This document shows, in pieces, positions 40,786-48,708 of a DNA stretch of 48,708 nt. The first letter of the stretch is position 1. Every line of letters starts with the position of its first letter. Made by a program: the position numbers and the translations under genes. Origin of the DNA: Candidatus Azambacteria bacterium (lineage in GTDB: Bacteria; Patescibacteriota; Minisyncoccia; UBA10092); assembly GCA_030646675.1 (NCBI GenBank), contig JAUSKX010000025.1, positions 1-48,708 of the forward strand. The letters are read 5' to 3'. The notes under the pieces were generated by a model. It did no database searches. It was given only the letters and a program-made list of their open reading frames with translations, and was not told the origin of the DNA.

Positions 40786-41272
40786 AATAAACGAAGATAT
40801 AAAAACAGCGTTTAAAAGCGGCGCGAAAGAAGAAGTTTCTACATTGCGCTTTTTAAGCAGTGTCATAAAAAATAAAGAATTGGAAAAAAGAGCCCGTTTA
40901 TCAAAAGAAAATAAAGACGCGGCAGAACTTGAAAAACTATCCGAACTTTCCGATGAGGAAGTCACTGGCGTGGTTTCAAGTGAAATTAAAAAAAGAAAAG
41001 ATTCAATCACTCAATATGAAAAAGGCGGCCGGGACGATTTGGTAAAAAAAGAAATGACAGAGCTCGAAATTTTAAAAAAATACGCCCCCGCGGAAATGCC
41101 CGAAGAAGAATTAAGAGCTTTAATTAAAAATAAAATAGCAGGCCTGACTGCGCAGGCAGGCCAAAAAGATTTCGGCAAAACTATGGGCATTGTAATGGCC
41201 GAAGTTAAAGGCCGCGCTGACGGAGAAGCGGTTAAGAGAATAATTGAGGAAGAGATGAAAAATGAAACATGA
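40769..41272 (+). CDS. GatB/YqeY-domain protein
   Basis: MSIKDKINEDIKTAFKSGAKEEVSTLRFL... and the C-terminal FGKTMGIVMAEVKGRADG are typical of YqeY. It is adjacent to rpsU, as in many bacteria. Confidence 0.8.
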   Translation: MSIKDKINEDIKTAFKSGAKEEVSTLRFLSSVIKNKELEKRARLSKENKDAAELEKLSELSDEEVTGVVSSEIKKRKDSITQYEKGGRDDLVKKEMTELEILKKYAPAEMPEEELRALIKNKIAGLTAQAGQKDFGKTMGIVMAEVKGRADGEAVKRIIEEEMKNET

Positions 41273-41675
41273 AGTATTAATTTACAACAAAACTCGGGAA
41301 AAAATTCCCGAGAAGTTTATAAAAACTACAATTACAAAAGCTTTGTGTTTTCTGAAATTAAAACAGCCAGTTGAAATGGCTGTTTTAATTGTCGGTAAAA
41401 ACGAAATTCTCCGGCTGAATAAAATTTGGCGGAATAAAAATGAAATTCCTGATGAGCTTTCTTTTGGCTTAAACAGCCGCAAAGCGGCGGTAGTTGCAAA
41501 AGAGCAAAATGGCGTGTTAAACTTAGGCGAGATAGTTGTTAATGTTGATAAAATTTCCGATAAAAAATATTTATCAAAAATTCTGGTTCACGCATTATTG
41601 CATTTATTGGGCTATAATCATAAGCAAATAGAGAAATTTGAAACATGTCGCGCGAAAACATTATTGTCGGTTTAG
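41262..41675 (+). CDS. ybeY: rRNA maturation endoribonuclease YbeY
   Basis: The zinc-binding motif is HALLHLLGYNH (HxxxHxxGxxH), in a small 137-aa protein. Confidence 0.8.
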   Translation: MKHEVLIYNKTREKIPEKFIKTTITKALCFLKLKQPVEMAVLIVGKNEILRLNKIWRNKNEIPDELSFGLNSRKAAVVAKEQNGVLNLGEIVVNVDKISDKKYLSKILVHALLHLLGYNHKQIEKFETCRAKTLLSV

Positions 41676-42859
41676 ATGTCGGGACCACTTCCATCCAAGC
41701 GGTAGCCGCTTCTAAAAACAAGACGCAAGAAGCGCCTCAAGTTATCGGGTGGGGCGAGGCGGATTCGCGCGGAATGAGAAAAGGCGCGGTAGTTGATATT
41801 GAAGAAGCCGCTTCCGCGATTCGCGAAGCTTTTCAAAAAGCAATCAATCATGCCGGAATTAAACACGCCGAAGCGGTAGTGAGTATCGGGGGTGGTAATA
41901 TTTTTGTGAGACCATCTAAAGGAGTCGTTATTGTTTCGAGAGCCGACCGGGAAATTTCAAGAGAGGACATTCAAAGGGCGCTTCTTCAAGCTGAAGCAAT
42001 TCCGGCCAGTCCCAATCGTGAGATTTTACATAACCTGGCCAGAGAGTGGACCGTTGACGGCGAAAAAGGCATCAAAGACCCAATGGGGATGACGGGTATT
42101 AAACTTGAAGTTGATACTTTAGTTATAGAATGCGGGGCGTCGGCGCTAAAAAATCTTCGCAAGGCTGTAAGCTTGGCTGGTATTAAAATCAAAGAATTGG
42201 TTTTGTCGCCTCTGGCGGCCAGCTACTCCGTATTAAGCCCTCGCCAAAAAGAATTGGGGACTTTAGTTTTGGATATCGGGGGCAGAACCACTGGCTTGGT
42301 TATTTTTGAAGAAGGAGATATTTTTCACGCGGCGGTTTTGGGAGTCGGTTCTTCGCACGTCACTCATGATTTGGTGTGCGGCCTGCAAGTTGATGTTGAC
42401 GCGGCGGAGAAAATTAAAAAAACTCACGGTTCGGCTTTGGCGGAGAGCACCAGTTCGCGGGATATGATTGACCTGAAGAAAATGGGCGGCGAGAATACAA
42501 TCCAAAGAAAAGAAGTCGCCATTATTTGCGAAGCTCGTTTTTCCGAGATTTTTGATATGGCGCAAAAAGAGCTAAAAAAAGTGGGCAGGGCGTCAATGTT
42601 GCCCGGTGGCGCCGTTTTGACCGGCGGGGGCAGCAGAATTCCCCGCTTGGACAAGTTGGCCAAAAGAGATTTAAGTTTGCCGATAACCCGTGGCGTGGCC
42701 CAAAGAATTTTAGGCCCGGAAGAAATTGTTCAAGACCCGGCTTTTTCGACAGCCCTGGGTCTTGTCATTTGGGGATTTGACGAAACTTTCAATCGTGCTA
42801 CGATGGAAAATCACAATGAGTCCAGTTTTGTGGGCTGGTTAAAAAATTTCATTCCTTAA
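41645..42859 (+). CDS. ftsA: Cell division protein FtsA
   Basis: It has an actin-like ATPase fold, with IVGLDVGTTSIQAV, LDIGGRTTGLVIF and VLTGGGSRIP. It lies immediately upstream of ftsZ. Confidence 0.9.
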   Translation: MSRENIIVGLDVGTTSIQAVAASKNKTQEAPQVIGWGEADSRGMRKGAVVDIEEAASAIREAFQKAINHAGIKHAEAVVSIGGGNIFVRPSKGVVIVSRADREISREDIQRALLQAEAIPASPNREILHNLAREWTVDGEKGIKDPMGMTGIKLEVDTLVIECGASALKNLRKAVSLAGIKIKELVLSPLAASYSVLSPRQKELGTLVLDIGGRTTGLVIFEEGDIFHAAVLGVGSSHVTHDLVCGLQVDVDAAEKIKKTHGSALAESTSSRDMIDLKKMGGENTIQRKEVAIICEARFSEIFDMAQKELKKVGRASMLPGGAVLTGGGSRIPRLDKLAKRDLSLPITRGVAQRILGPEEIVQDPAFSTALGLVIWGFDETFNRATMENHNESSFVGWLKNFIP

Positions 42860-42868
42860 TTTATTGCT

Positions 42869-44002
42869 ATGGCGCGTGTAAAACCTGATGTAGAAACATT
42901 TGCGAGAATAAAAGTTGTCGGTGTCGGCGGCAGCGGCGGCAATGCCGTTACCAGAATGTTTGACGCGCAAATTAAAGGCGTTGATTTTATCGCGATTAAT
43001 ACCGACGCTCAAGACCTTCACCATGTTAAAGCGCAAACCAAGATTCACATTGGAAAAAATTTAACCAGGGGACTGGGCGCCGGAATGAATCCGGATATAG
43101 GCCGGCAGGCGGCGGAAGAAAATCGCGACGAAATTCAAGATGCTCTGAAAGGAGCCGATTTGGTTTTTATCACCTGCGGTTTGGGCGGCGGTACCGGTTC
43201 CGGAGCTTCTTCGGTTATAGCCGATGCCGCTCATGATGTTGGTGCTTTGGTGGTCGCCGTTGTTACCAAGCCGTTTTCTTTTGAAGGAAAAAAACGCTCA
43301 ACTATCGCGGAAGAAGCTTTAATGTCGCTTCGCGACCGCGTCGATACTTTAATTACGATTCCCAATGATAAAGTTTTGAATTTAATTGATAAAAATACTT
43401 CCATTCTCGGAGCATTTATGATTATTGACGATATTTTGAAACAAGGAGTTCAGGGCATTGCCGATTTAATTACATATCCCGGAATCGTTAATGTTGATTT
43501 TGCCGATATAAAAGCAATTATGGCGTCCGCCGGTTCGGCGCTGATGGGTATTGGAAGAGCTACCGGGGAAGGCCGCGCGGTTACGGCCGCTAAAGCGGCA
43601 ATTAGTTCGCCGCTTTTGGATATTTCAATTGACGGAGCGAGCGGTGTTTTGTTTAATGTTTCCGGAGGAATTGATTTGAGCATGGCCGATGTTAATGACG
43701 CCGCCAAGGTAATAACCGAATCTATAGACCCTGATGCCAGGATTATTTTTGGAGCGACTCATGATAGCCGCCTTAAAAAGGGCGAGGTCAGAGTCACGGT
43801 AATCGCGACAGGATTTGGAACCGGTAAGTACGGCAATGGAAATACAAATAGTAACTCCGGCGGCAATCCGATTACGGTTCCGGTTGTCGCGAGTATCAAA
43901 AAGCCGTCGGTAAATATTGAAATAATAGACGAGGAAGAGGAATGGGATACTCCGGCTTTTCTGCGAAGAAAAAAAGATAAAGATAGGAATGAAGAAAAGT
44001 AA
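42869..44002 (+). CDS. ftsZ: Cell division GTPase FtsZ
   Basis: It has VVGVGGSGGNAV, the tubulin signature GGGTGSGA, and NVDFADI. The C-terminal peptide is DTPAFLRRK. Confidence 0.97.
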   Translation: MARVKPDVETFARIKVVGVGGSGGNAVTRMFDAQIKGVDFIAINTDAQDLHHVKAQTKIHIGKNLTRGLGAGMNPDIGRQAAEENRDEIQDALKGADLVFITCGLGGGTGSGASSVIADAAHDVGALVVAVVTKPFSFEGKKRSTIAEEALMSLRDRVDTLITIPNDKVLNLIDKNTSILGAFMIIDDILKQGVQGIADLITYPGIVNVDFADIKAIMASAGSALMGIGRATGEGRAVTAAKAAISSPLLDISIDGASGVLFNVSGGIDLSMADVNDAAKVITESIDPDARIIFGATHDSRLKKGEVRVTVIATGFGTGKYGNGNTNSNSGGNPITVPVVASIKKPSVNIEIIDEEEEWDTPAFLRRKKDKDRNEEK

Positions 44003-45368
44003 AATTTTCGCCCTCATTTTAACGAGTTTTGTTGGTGGCATATTTTTATATTCAATAACAAAAACTCCGCCGCTTATAATCGGCGGAGTTTTTGTTATGG
44101 CTCTCTGTATTTTGGTTAACGCCTTTCTATCCGCCAGAGGCGGATCCGCCTTGGGCGGAAAAAATAAAATAATTTTCGGAGTTTGTATTTTGTTTGTCGG
44201 TCTCGGCCTATGGCGCAGTATCGAAGTTTTCAGCCGCAGCGATGAAGCGGCCGCTAAAAATTTTCCCAAAGAAAAAATAGTTTTTTCCGGAAAAGTAATT
44301 GAAGAGCCGGACCGGCGGACTGATTTTTCGCAGTATGTCGTAGAAAACGAAGCATACGGCCGCGTTCTTGTAAAAACCGACCTTTATCCGGAATATTTTT
44401 ATGGCGACAATTTGAAATTAAATGGAAAAATTTCCACGCCGGAATCAAGCGCGGATTTTGATTATAAAACATATTTGGCAAAAGACGGCATTTTTTTAAT
44501 AAGCAAATATCCCGGCATTACTTTAATTGAGCGCCCGGCAAGGCAAGATTTTTACGGCAGCCTTCTTAATGTAAAAAAATCTTTTATTGAAACAATTAAT
44601 AAGCTTTTTCCGGAGCCGCTCGCGTCTTTTTTAGCGGCTCTTTTGGTTGGCGCCAAAAAAACACTTCCCGCTGATTTAACGGATGCATTTAATAGAACGG
44701 GAACAAGCCATATAGTGGCAATTTCCGGCTACAACATTTCCATTATCAGCGCGATGCTTTTGAATCTTCTGGGATATTTATTTTTGCCGCGGAAATTTAT
44801 TTTTTGGTTAGTTGGTGTCGTCTTGGTTTTGTTTACTTTGATTGCGGGAGCGGAGGCTTCGGTGGTGCGCGCGGCCATTATGGGCGGATTGCTTATTTTA
44901 GCCAAACGCGAAGGCAGGAATTACCGGCTCACCAACGCGATTATTTTCGCCGGAGCGGCGATGCTTTTTTTCAATCCGTATTTGTTGCGCTACGATGCCG
45001 GATTTCAGCTTTCATTTTTAGCGACCTTCGGCCTGGTATATCTGGTGCCGTATTTTGAAAAATGGTTTTCCCGCTTGCCAAATTTTTTATCCTTTCGCGA
45101 TAATTTGGCGGCCACATTATCGGCGCAGGCCATGACTCTGCCGATTATATTTTTCAGTTTTGGCAGAGTTTCTTTAATCGCTCCGCTCGCGAATGTTTTA
45201 ATCTTGCCTTTCATCCCTCTGACCATGCTTTTCGGTTTTTTAGCCGGAATTGCCGGATTTATTTCGTTGGGTCTCGCCTATGTTTTTGTTTTTCCAACCT
45301 GGTTCCTACTTTCTTTCCAGATTTGGCTTATTAAATTATTAAGCTTACTCCCATTCGCATCTATATGA
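43989..45368 (+). CDS. comEC: ComEC/Rec2 DNA-uptake channel, N-terminal OB/DUF4131-like plus competence (polytopic) domains only
   Basis: 459 aa. After the first TMs comes an extracytoplasmic segment (FSGKVIEEPDRR...VLVKT...GDNLKLNGKI). This is followed by the segment FNRTGTSHIVAISGYNIS and multiple TMs typical of the competence domain. Confidence 0.8.
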   Translation: MKKSKIFALILTSFVGGIFLYSITKTPPLIIGGVFVMALCILVNAFLSARGGSALGGKNKIIFGVCILFVGLGLWRSIEVFSRSDEAAAKNFPKEKIVFSGKVIEEPDRRTDFSQYVVENEAYGRVLVKTDLYPEYFYGDNLKLNGKISTPESSADFDYKTYLAKDGIFLISKYPGITLIERPARQDFYGSLLNVKKSFIETINKLFPEPLASFLAALLVGAKKTLPADLTDAFNRTGTSHIVAISGYNISIISAMLLNLLGYLFLPRKFIFWLVGVVLVLFTLIAGAEASVVRAAIMGGLLILAKREGRNYRLTNAIIFAGAAMLFFNPYLLRYDAGFQLSFLATFGLVYLVPYFEKWFSRLPNFLSFRDNLAATLSAQAMTLPIIFFSFGRVSLIAPLANVLILPFIPLTMLFGFLAGIAGFISLGLAYVFVFPTWFLLSFQIWLIKLLSLLPFASI

Positions 45369-46225
45369 GCATAAAAAGAAAAATAATAATTTCATCCGGA
45401 CTTTTATTAGTCACGTTGGCGGTATGGATTTTGGTTTTAATTCCAAAAACAGGGCAAATTTTGGAAACGATTTTTTTGGATGTCGGCCAGGGCGATTCTA
45501 TTTTAATAAAAACGCCCCAGAATCAGAGCATTTTAATTGATGGCGGGCCGAATAATAAAGTTTTGGAAAAACTGGGCAAATATATTTTTTCACTCCCGAA
45601 AAAAATTGACGTTGTGATTTTGACCCATCCTCACGCCGACCATGTTACGGGTCTTATTGAAGTTTTGAAAAGATATAATGTCGGCTTAATTGTTATAAAT
45701 GGCGTTTATTTAAAAACAGATAATTACAACCAATTTCTAAACGCCGCCAAAAACAACGGCGCCAAAGTTTTAATCGCAGAGGCCGGTGAGGCCATTCATT
45801 TCGGCAAAGATTTGGAATTTGATATTATCGCGGCGCCAGGCGCCGGCGCGACAAATGACAATAATGCCAATGAAACGTCAATTGTCGGCAAGCTGATTTA
45901 TAAAGATTTTTCAATCATGTTTATGGGCGACGCGCCCGCGAAAATAGAAAATAAAATTATGGCTTACGGCGAGGGATTAAAATCGGATATTCTGAAAATC
46001 GGCCATCACGGCTCCAAATATTCATCGTTTATGAATTTTTTAAGCGCGGTCGCCCCGAAAGCGGGGATTATTGAAGTGGCCGAAAAAAATATTTATAATC
46101 TTCCTTCGCCGGCGGCTTTAAGCCGTTTCGCGATGTCGGGAATAAATATTTTTGAAACCGGCAAAAAAGGCGACATTAAAATCCTAAGCGACGGCTTCAC
46201 CGCGAGCATTTTTACTGAACATTGA
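45365..46225 (+). CDS. ComEC-type metallo-beta-lactamase domain protein (separate ORF with its own TM anchor)
   Basis: It has an ATGA overlap with the previous ORF and an N-terminal TM. The MBL motifs are FLDVGQGDS, HPHADHVTG and HHGSKYS. Confidence 0.8.
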   Translation: MSIKRKIIISSGLLLVTLAVWILVLIPKTGQILETIFLDVGQGDSILIKTPQNQSILIDGGPNNKVLEKLGKYIFSLPKKIDVVILTHPHADHVTGLIEVLKRYNVGLIVINGVYLKTDNYNQFLNAAKNNGAKVLIAEAGEAIHFGKDLEFDIIAAPGAGATNDNNANETSIVGKLIYKDFSIMFMGDAPAKIENKIMAYGEGLKSDILKIGHHGSKYSSFMNFLSAVAPKAGIIEVAEKNIYNLPSPAALSRFAMSGINIFETGKKGDIKILSDGFTASIFTEH

Positions 46226-46256
46226 AAATTATTTTTTTACGTGTTAAATTATTTTA

Positions 46257-46853
46257 ATGAAAAAAGAAAGGACATTGGTTTTAATAAAGCCAGACGGCGT
46301 TCAGCGTTCTCTTATCGGAGAAATTATTAAACGTTATGAACGCAGCGGTTTAAAGCTGGCCGGAATGAAAATGGTAGTATCGACCGCCGAACATATTGAA
46401 AAACATTATACGGTGGACCCAGAATGGCGGAGAATTACGGGCGAGAAAACGATTAAAAGCTATAAGGACAAAGGCCTGCAGCCGCCTTCGGAAGACCCGC
46501 TTGTTATCACAGATATTCTTTTGGGGAATTTAAAAAAATACATGGCTTCCGGTCCGGTTATCGCGATGGTCTGGCAGGGAGTACATGCAGTTAAAATTGT
46601 ACGAAAAATTACCGGCGGAACAGAACCTTTAACTTCGGATGTCGGGACAATTCGCGGCGATTTTGTTTTGGATTCTTATCAATTATCCGACGCGGATGGC
46701 CGCGCGGTGCGCAATCTGATTCACGCTTCCGGCTCGGTGGACGAAGCGGAAAAAGAAATCTCGCTCTGGTTTAAGCCGGAAGAAATCATCAATTACCGCC
46801 TGGTGCAGGAACAAATTTTGTATGATGTAAATTTGGACGGCATTTTGGAATAG
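46257..46853 (+). CDS. ndk: Nucleoside diphosphate kinase (long form with an internal insertion)
   Basis: Recognisable motifs are TLVLIKPDGVQRSLIGEII, GPVIAMVWQG, TIRGDF and the active-site segment NLIHASGS. It is about 198 aa, against the usual 140-150. Confidence 0.88.
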   Translation: MKKERTLVLIKPDGVQRSLIGEIIKRYERSGLKLAGMKMVVSTAEHIEKHYTVDPEWRRITGEKTIKSYKDKGLQPPSEDPLVITDILLGNLKKYMASGPVIAMVWQGVHAVKIVRKITGGTEPLTSDVGTIRGDFVLDSYQLSDADGRAVRNLIHASGSVDEAEKEISLWFKPEEIINYRLVQEQILYDVNLDGILE

Positions 46854-46901
46854 TTGCCTTGTGGATTACTTTTTTGCCGCTTTAGATGTTATATTGTAGA
46901 T

Positions 46902-47080
46902 GGATGGAGATAGTTGTTTTATAAGATTTTGGCCTAAACAATTTTATAAGGGAGTTCTATATTGTTCCGGCTCGTGGGCCGTGAACTGCGGACACCCACT
47001 TGGCTTGATGCCAAAATTATCTTAGAGATGGCTTCTCCAGCCACTAAAAAATCCCGCTTTAGCGGGGGTTTTTAGTGGCT
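46902..47080 (+). ncRNA. Candidate structured small RNA or 3'UTR element ending in a terminator
   Basis: There is a possible extended -10 TGTTATATT at 46887-46895. The stems are TAAGATTTTGGC/GCCAAAATTATCTTA, AACAAT/ATTGTT and GTGGG/CCCAC. A long terminator follows at 47039-47080. No ORF is present. Confidence 0.3.
47039..47080. terminator. Bidirectional terminator: outer stem AGCCACTAAAAA/TTTTTAGTGGCT around the inner hairpin CCCGC-TTTA-GCGGG
   Basis: It lies between the convergent ndk (+) and the rpmB-tRNA-Pro unit (-). The inner core is a variant of CCCCGCTTAGCGGGG. Confidence 0.6.
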
Positions 47081-47085
47081 CTGAT

Positions 47086-47120
47086 TTCGGGGTGCGGGGG
47101 GATAATGTAATCCCCGGGGC
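47086..47120 (-). pseudogene. Remnant copy of the tRNA-Pro 3' half (acceptor 3' strand plus a T-arm with a degenerate loop)
   Basis: TTCGGGGTGCGGGG at 47086-47099 is identical to 47204-47217. A hairpin with a non-canonical loop follows (GGGGGG-ATAATGTAA-TCCCC). No matching 5' acceptor strand lies upstream. Confidence 0.45.
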
Positions 47121-47204
47121 TTGGTGATCACCATAAGTGATATCGCCAAGCCCTTCAACTCCCGACGCGAGACAAGCAGTTGTCTCGCTCACCTCTCACT
47201 CCAT

Positions 47205-47275
47205 TCGGGGTGCGGGGAGTTGAACCCCGGCTACATGCACCCCATGCATGCGTACAACCGCTATACTACACCCCG
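47205..47275 (-). tRNA. tRNA-Pro (anticodon GGG)
   Basis: On the minus strand it reads CGGGGTG TA GTATAGCGGTTGTAC G CATGC ATGGGGT GCATG TAGC CGGGG TTCAACT CCCCG CACCCCG A. The acceptor, anticodon and T stems are perfect, and CCA is not encoded. Confidence 0.8.
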
Positions 47276-47446
47276 TCTTTTAATGCACTTAGCGCAGGCT
47301 TTGACTTTTTTTCCGCTAGCTAAAGTCATCCCTTGAAGATTGGGATATTTTCTTTTCTTTTCCGCCGGGTTATACTTACCCCGAAGTTTATTGCGCGGCG
47401 TTATAAGAGTTGAGCCCTTGCCGCAGATAGCGCATATGTTTGACAT
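47261..47446 (-). CDS. rpmB: 50S ribosomal protein L28
   Basis: MSNICAICGKGSTLITPRNK...KRKYPNLQ...KVKACAKCIK fits the L28 pattern (CxxCGK ... PNLQ ... CxxC). The last 15 nt overlap the 5' end of tRNA-Pro. Confidence 0.85.
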   Translation of the reverse strand: MSNICAICGKGSTLITPRNKLRGKYNPAEKKRKYPNLQGMTLASGKKVKACAKCIKRRGVV

Positions 47447-47473
47447 AGTTTTTTATTTCTAACACATACTTGC

Positions 47474-48085
47474 ATGTTAAATCAAGTTTTATTTTTATAT
47501 ATCATCATTGTAATTTCCGCGGTAGTTCACGAATGCGCGCACGGCGCCGTCGCCTATTATTTGGGAGATTCAACCGCCAAAGACGCGGGTAGATTAACTC
47601 TCAATCCGCTCGTTCATATGGATTTATTCGGCACGGTTATTTTACCTGTTTTTTTATTGCTCACGGGCGGAATTTTTATCGGTTATGCCAAGCCGGTTCC
47701 TTACAATCCGGATAATTTAAGAGACAAGAAATACGGTTCTCTAAAAGTGGCGCTGGCCGGCCCCGCCAGCAACTTATTTATCGCCCTGGTATTCGGATTG
47801 TTTCTAAGATTTTTTGCGCAGCTTATTTTATCTAACGGCGCCATCCCTCCGGTTTTTTTATCGCTCATAACGACGATTGTGATTATCAATATTGCTTTGG
47901 CTTTATTTAACATGATTCCTTTCCCGCCTCTTGATGGCTCTAAAGTATTATATGACCTGTCGCCAAAATGGGGGGCTCGTATTATGAATTTGGGCGCTTC
48001 GGGAATAATTTTGGCGCTTTTGGTTGCTTTTTTTCTGCTCCCAAGCCTTATGGACTTGGTTTTCCGGGTCATTGTCGGTTCTTGA
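47474..48085 (+). CDS. Site-2 protease (M50) family membrane metalloprotease, short form
   Basis: The HExxH motif is VVHECAHG in TM1. The protein is polytopic, with NMIPFPPLDGSK (the NxxPxxxLDG motif). Confidence 0.8.
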   Translation: MLNQVLFLYIIIVISAVVHECAHGAVAYYLGDSTAKDAGRLTLNPLVHMDLFGTVILPVFLLLTGGIFIGYAKPVPYNPDNLRDKKYGSLKVALAGPASNLFIALVFGLFLRFFAQLILSNGAIPPVFLSLITTIVIINIALALFNMIPFPPLDGSKVLYDLSPKWGARIMNLGASGIILALLVAFFLLPSLMDLVFRVIVGS

Positions 48086-48165
48086 CAAATTAGCTCGTTT
48101 GGAGTAGTATAAGAGTACAAACTATGAATCTCTGCTAAGGCGGGGATTTTTTGTTTGTCCAAAAA

Positions 48166-48675
48166 ATGCGTACAATACTAAAATATGGCATTAATTGGCT
48201 TAATAAAGCCATAATTGCCTTAATTATACTGGTTTTAGCGCTCAATATGCAGTTCAAGGAGGCCGACGCCGCTTGGAGCTTTGAGGATATCTCGGCCCTA
48301 ATAGAAGATAGGGTGAAAAACATAGGTGATTTGCCCTTGATGAGCGGCAGAGACTCAATTATGGGCGTAAGTGAATCATTGCCGCCCAAAATGCTTAGCG
48401 TTATCTTAACAGCCTATTCTTCAACGGTCGACCAGACCGACGACACGCCGTTTATTACGGCTTCCAACACGCGGACGCGCGATGGCGTTATAGCGGCCAA
48501 CTTTTTGGCTTTTGGCACCAAAGTAAAAATCCCCGGAATTTTCGGCGATAAGGTTTTTACGGTTGAGGACCGAATGGCAAAAAAACATGATGGCAAAATT
48601 GACATCTGGTTTTCTGAAAGATATTTGGCGAAAAAATTTGGTGTCCAAGAAGCCGACGTCCTGATTTTGGAATAA
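48166..48675 (+). CDS. 3D-domain (MltA/RlpA-like double-psi beta-barrel) cell-wall protein
   Basis: I prefer the start at ATG 48166 to the TTG at 48151. It has a TM/signal. LTAYSSTVDQTDDTPFITASNTRTRDGVIAAN...FGTKVKIP...TVEDRM...IDIWF is typical of 3D-domain proteins. Confidence 0.75.
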   Translation: MRTILKYGINWLNKAIIALIILVLALNMQFKEADAAWSFEDISALIEDRVKNIGDLPLMSGRDSIMGVSESLPPKMLSVILTAYSSTVDQTDDTPFITASNTRTRDGVIAANFLAFGTKVKIPGIFGDKVFTVEDRMAKKHDGKIDIWFSERYLAKKFGVQEADVLILE

Positions 48676-48706
48676 AAAATCCCCCGCTTAGCGGGGGATT
48701 TTTTTG
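48676..48706 (+). terminator. Intrinsic terminator AAAAATCCCCCGC-TTA-GCGGGGGATTTTTTT
   Basis: A perfect GC hairpin with a T-run starts immediately after the stop codon. Its core is CCCCGCTTAGCGGGG. Confidence 0.75.
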
Positions 48707-48708
48707 AT

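Noticed and set aside
43625-44269. A 214-aa minus-strand ORF spans the ftsZ 3' end and the comEC 5' end.
   Set aside because: It is antisense to two strongly supported genes and is low-complexity and basic. It is spurious. The same reasoning applies to 24564-25076 (antisense to polA), 36286-36723 (dprA), 39000-39437 (hisS), 39944-40330, 47701-48162 and 19339-19737 (ruvC).
47086-47165. A possible second complete tRNA downstream of tRNA-Pro.
   Set aside because: Only the acceptor 3' strand and a T-arm-like hairpin are present. The loop is non-canonical (ATTACATTAT). No 5' acceptor strand, D-arm or anticodon arm can be paired upstream. I called it a 3'-half remnant instead.

Overview
AT-rich, densely packed bacterial window covering the replication-origin neighbourhood (jag-yidC-rnpA-rpmH on the minus strand, then dnaA-dnaN) of what looks like a reduced-genome, CPR/Patescibacteria-type organism. 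That placement is an inference from short housekeeping proteins, split genes, mostly Shine-Dalgarno-less starts and a T4SS-pilin-type gene. About 60 CDS are supportable. Most are housekeeping: replication and repair (dnaA, dnaN, polA, holA, mutM, topA, ruvABC), translation (tyrS, hisS, pth, S20, S21, L28, L34), division (ftsA, ftsZ), segregation (parAB) and envelope (class A PBP, lepB, M50 protease, 3D-domain protein). There are also 2 tRNAs, Leu-CAA and Pro-GGG. I saw no rRNA, CRISPR array, transposase or integrase. The standout is a 10.5-kb, 12-gene translationally coupled array (546-11026). It combines VirB4-, VirB3/PrgI-, VirB6/TrbL- and VirB2-pilin-like parts with seven unassignable secreted or membrane proteins. 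It has no coupling protein, relaxase or other mobile-element hallmarks, and it shares the window with split comEC, dprA and a pilB-type ATPase. Non-coding oddities: (1) a 141-nt hairpin-rich element in two inverted copies that differ by four fully compensated base pairs and lie almost symmetrically around the predicted oriC; (2) a 141-bp MITE-like insertion with a TATGA duplication that split an ATGA stop/start overlap between mutM and holA; (3) two orphan promoter-driven structured RNA candidates; (4) a duplicated tRNA-Pro 3' half resembling an att scar; (5) one palindrome, CCCCGCTTAGCGGGG, reused in several terminators. Functional calls rest on motifs I recognise by eye, not on database searches.
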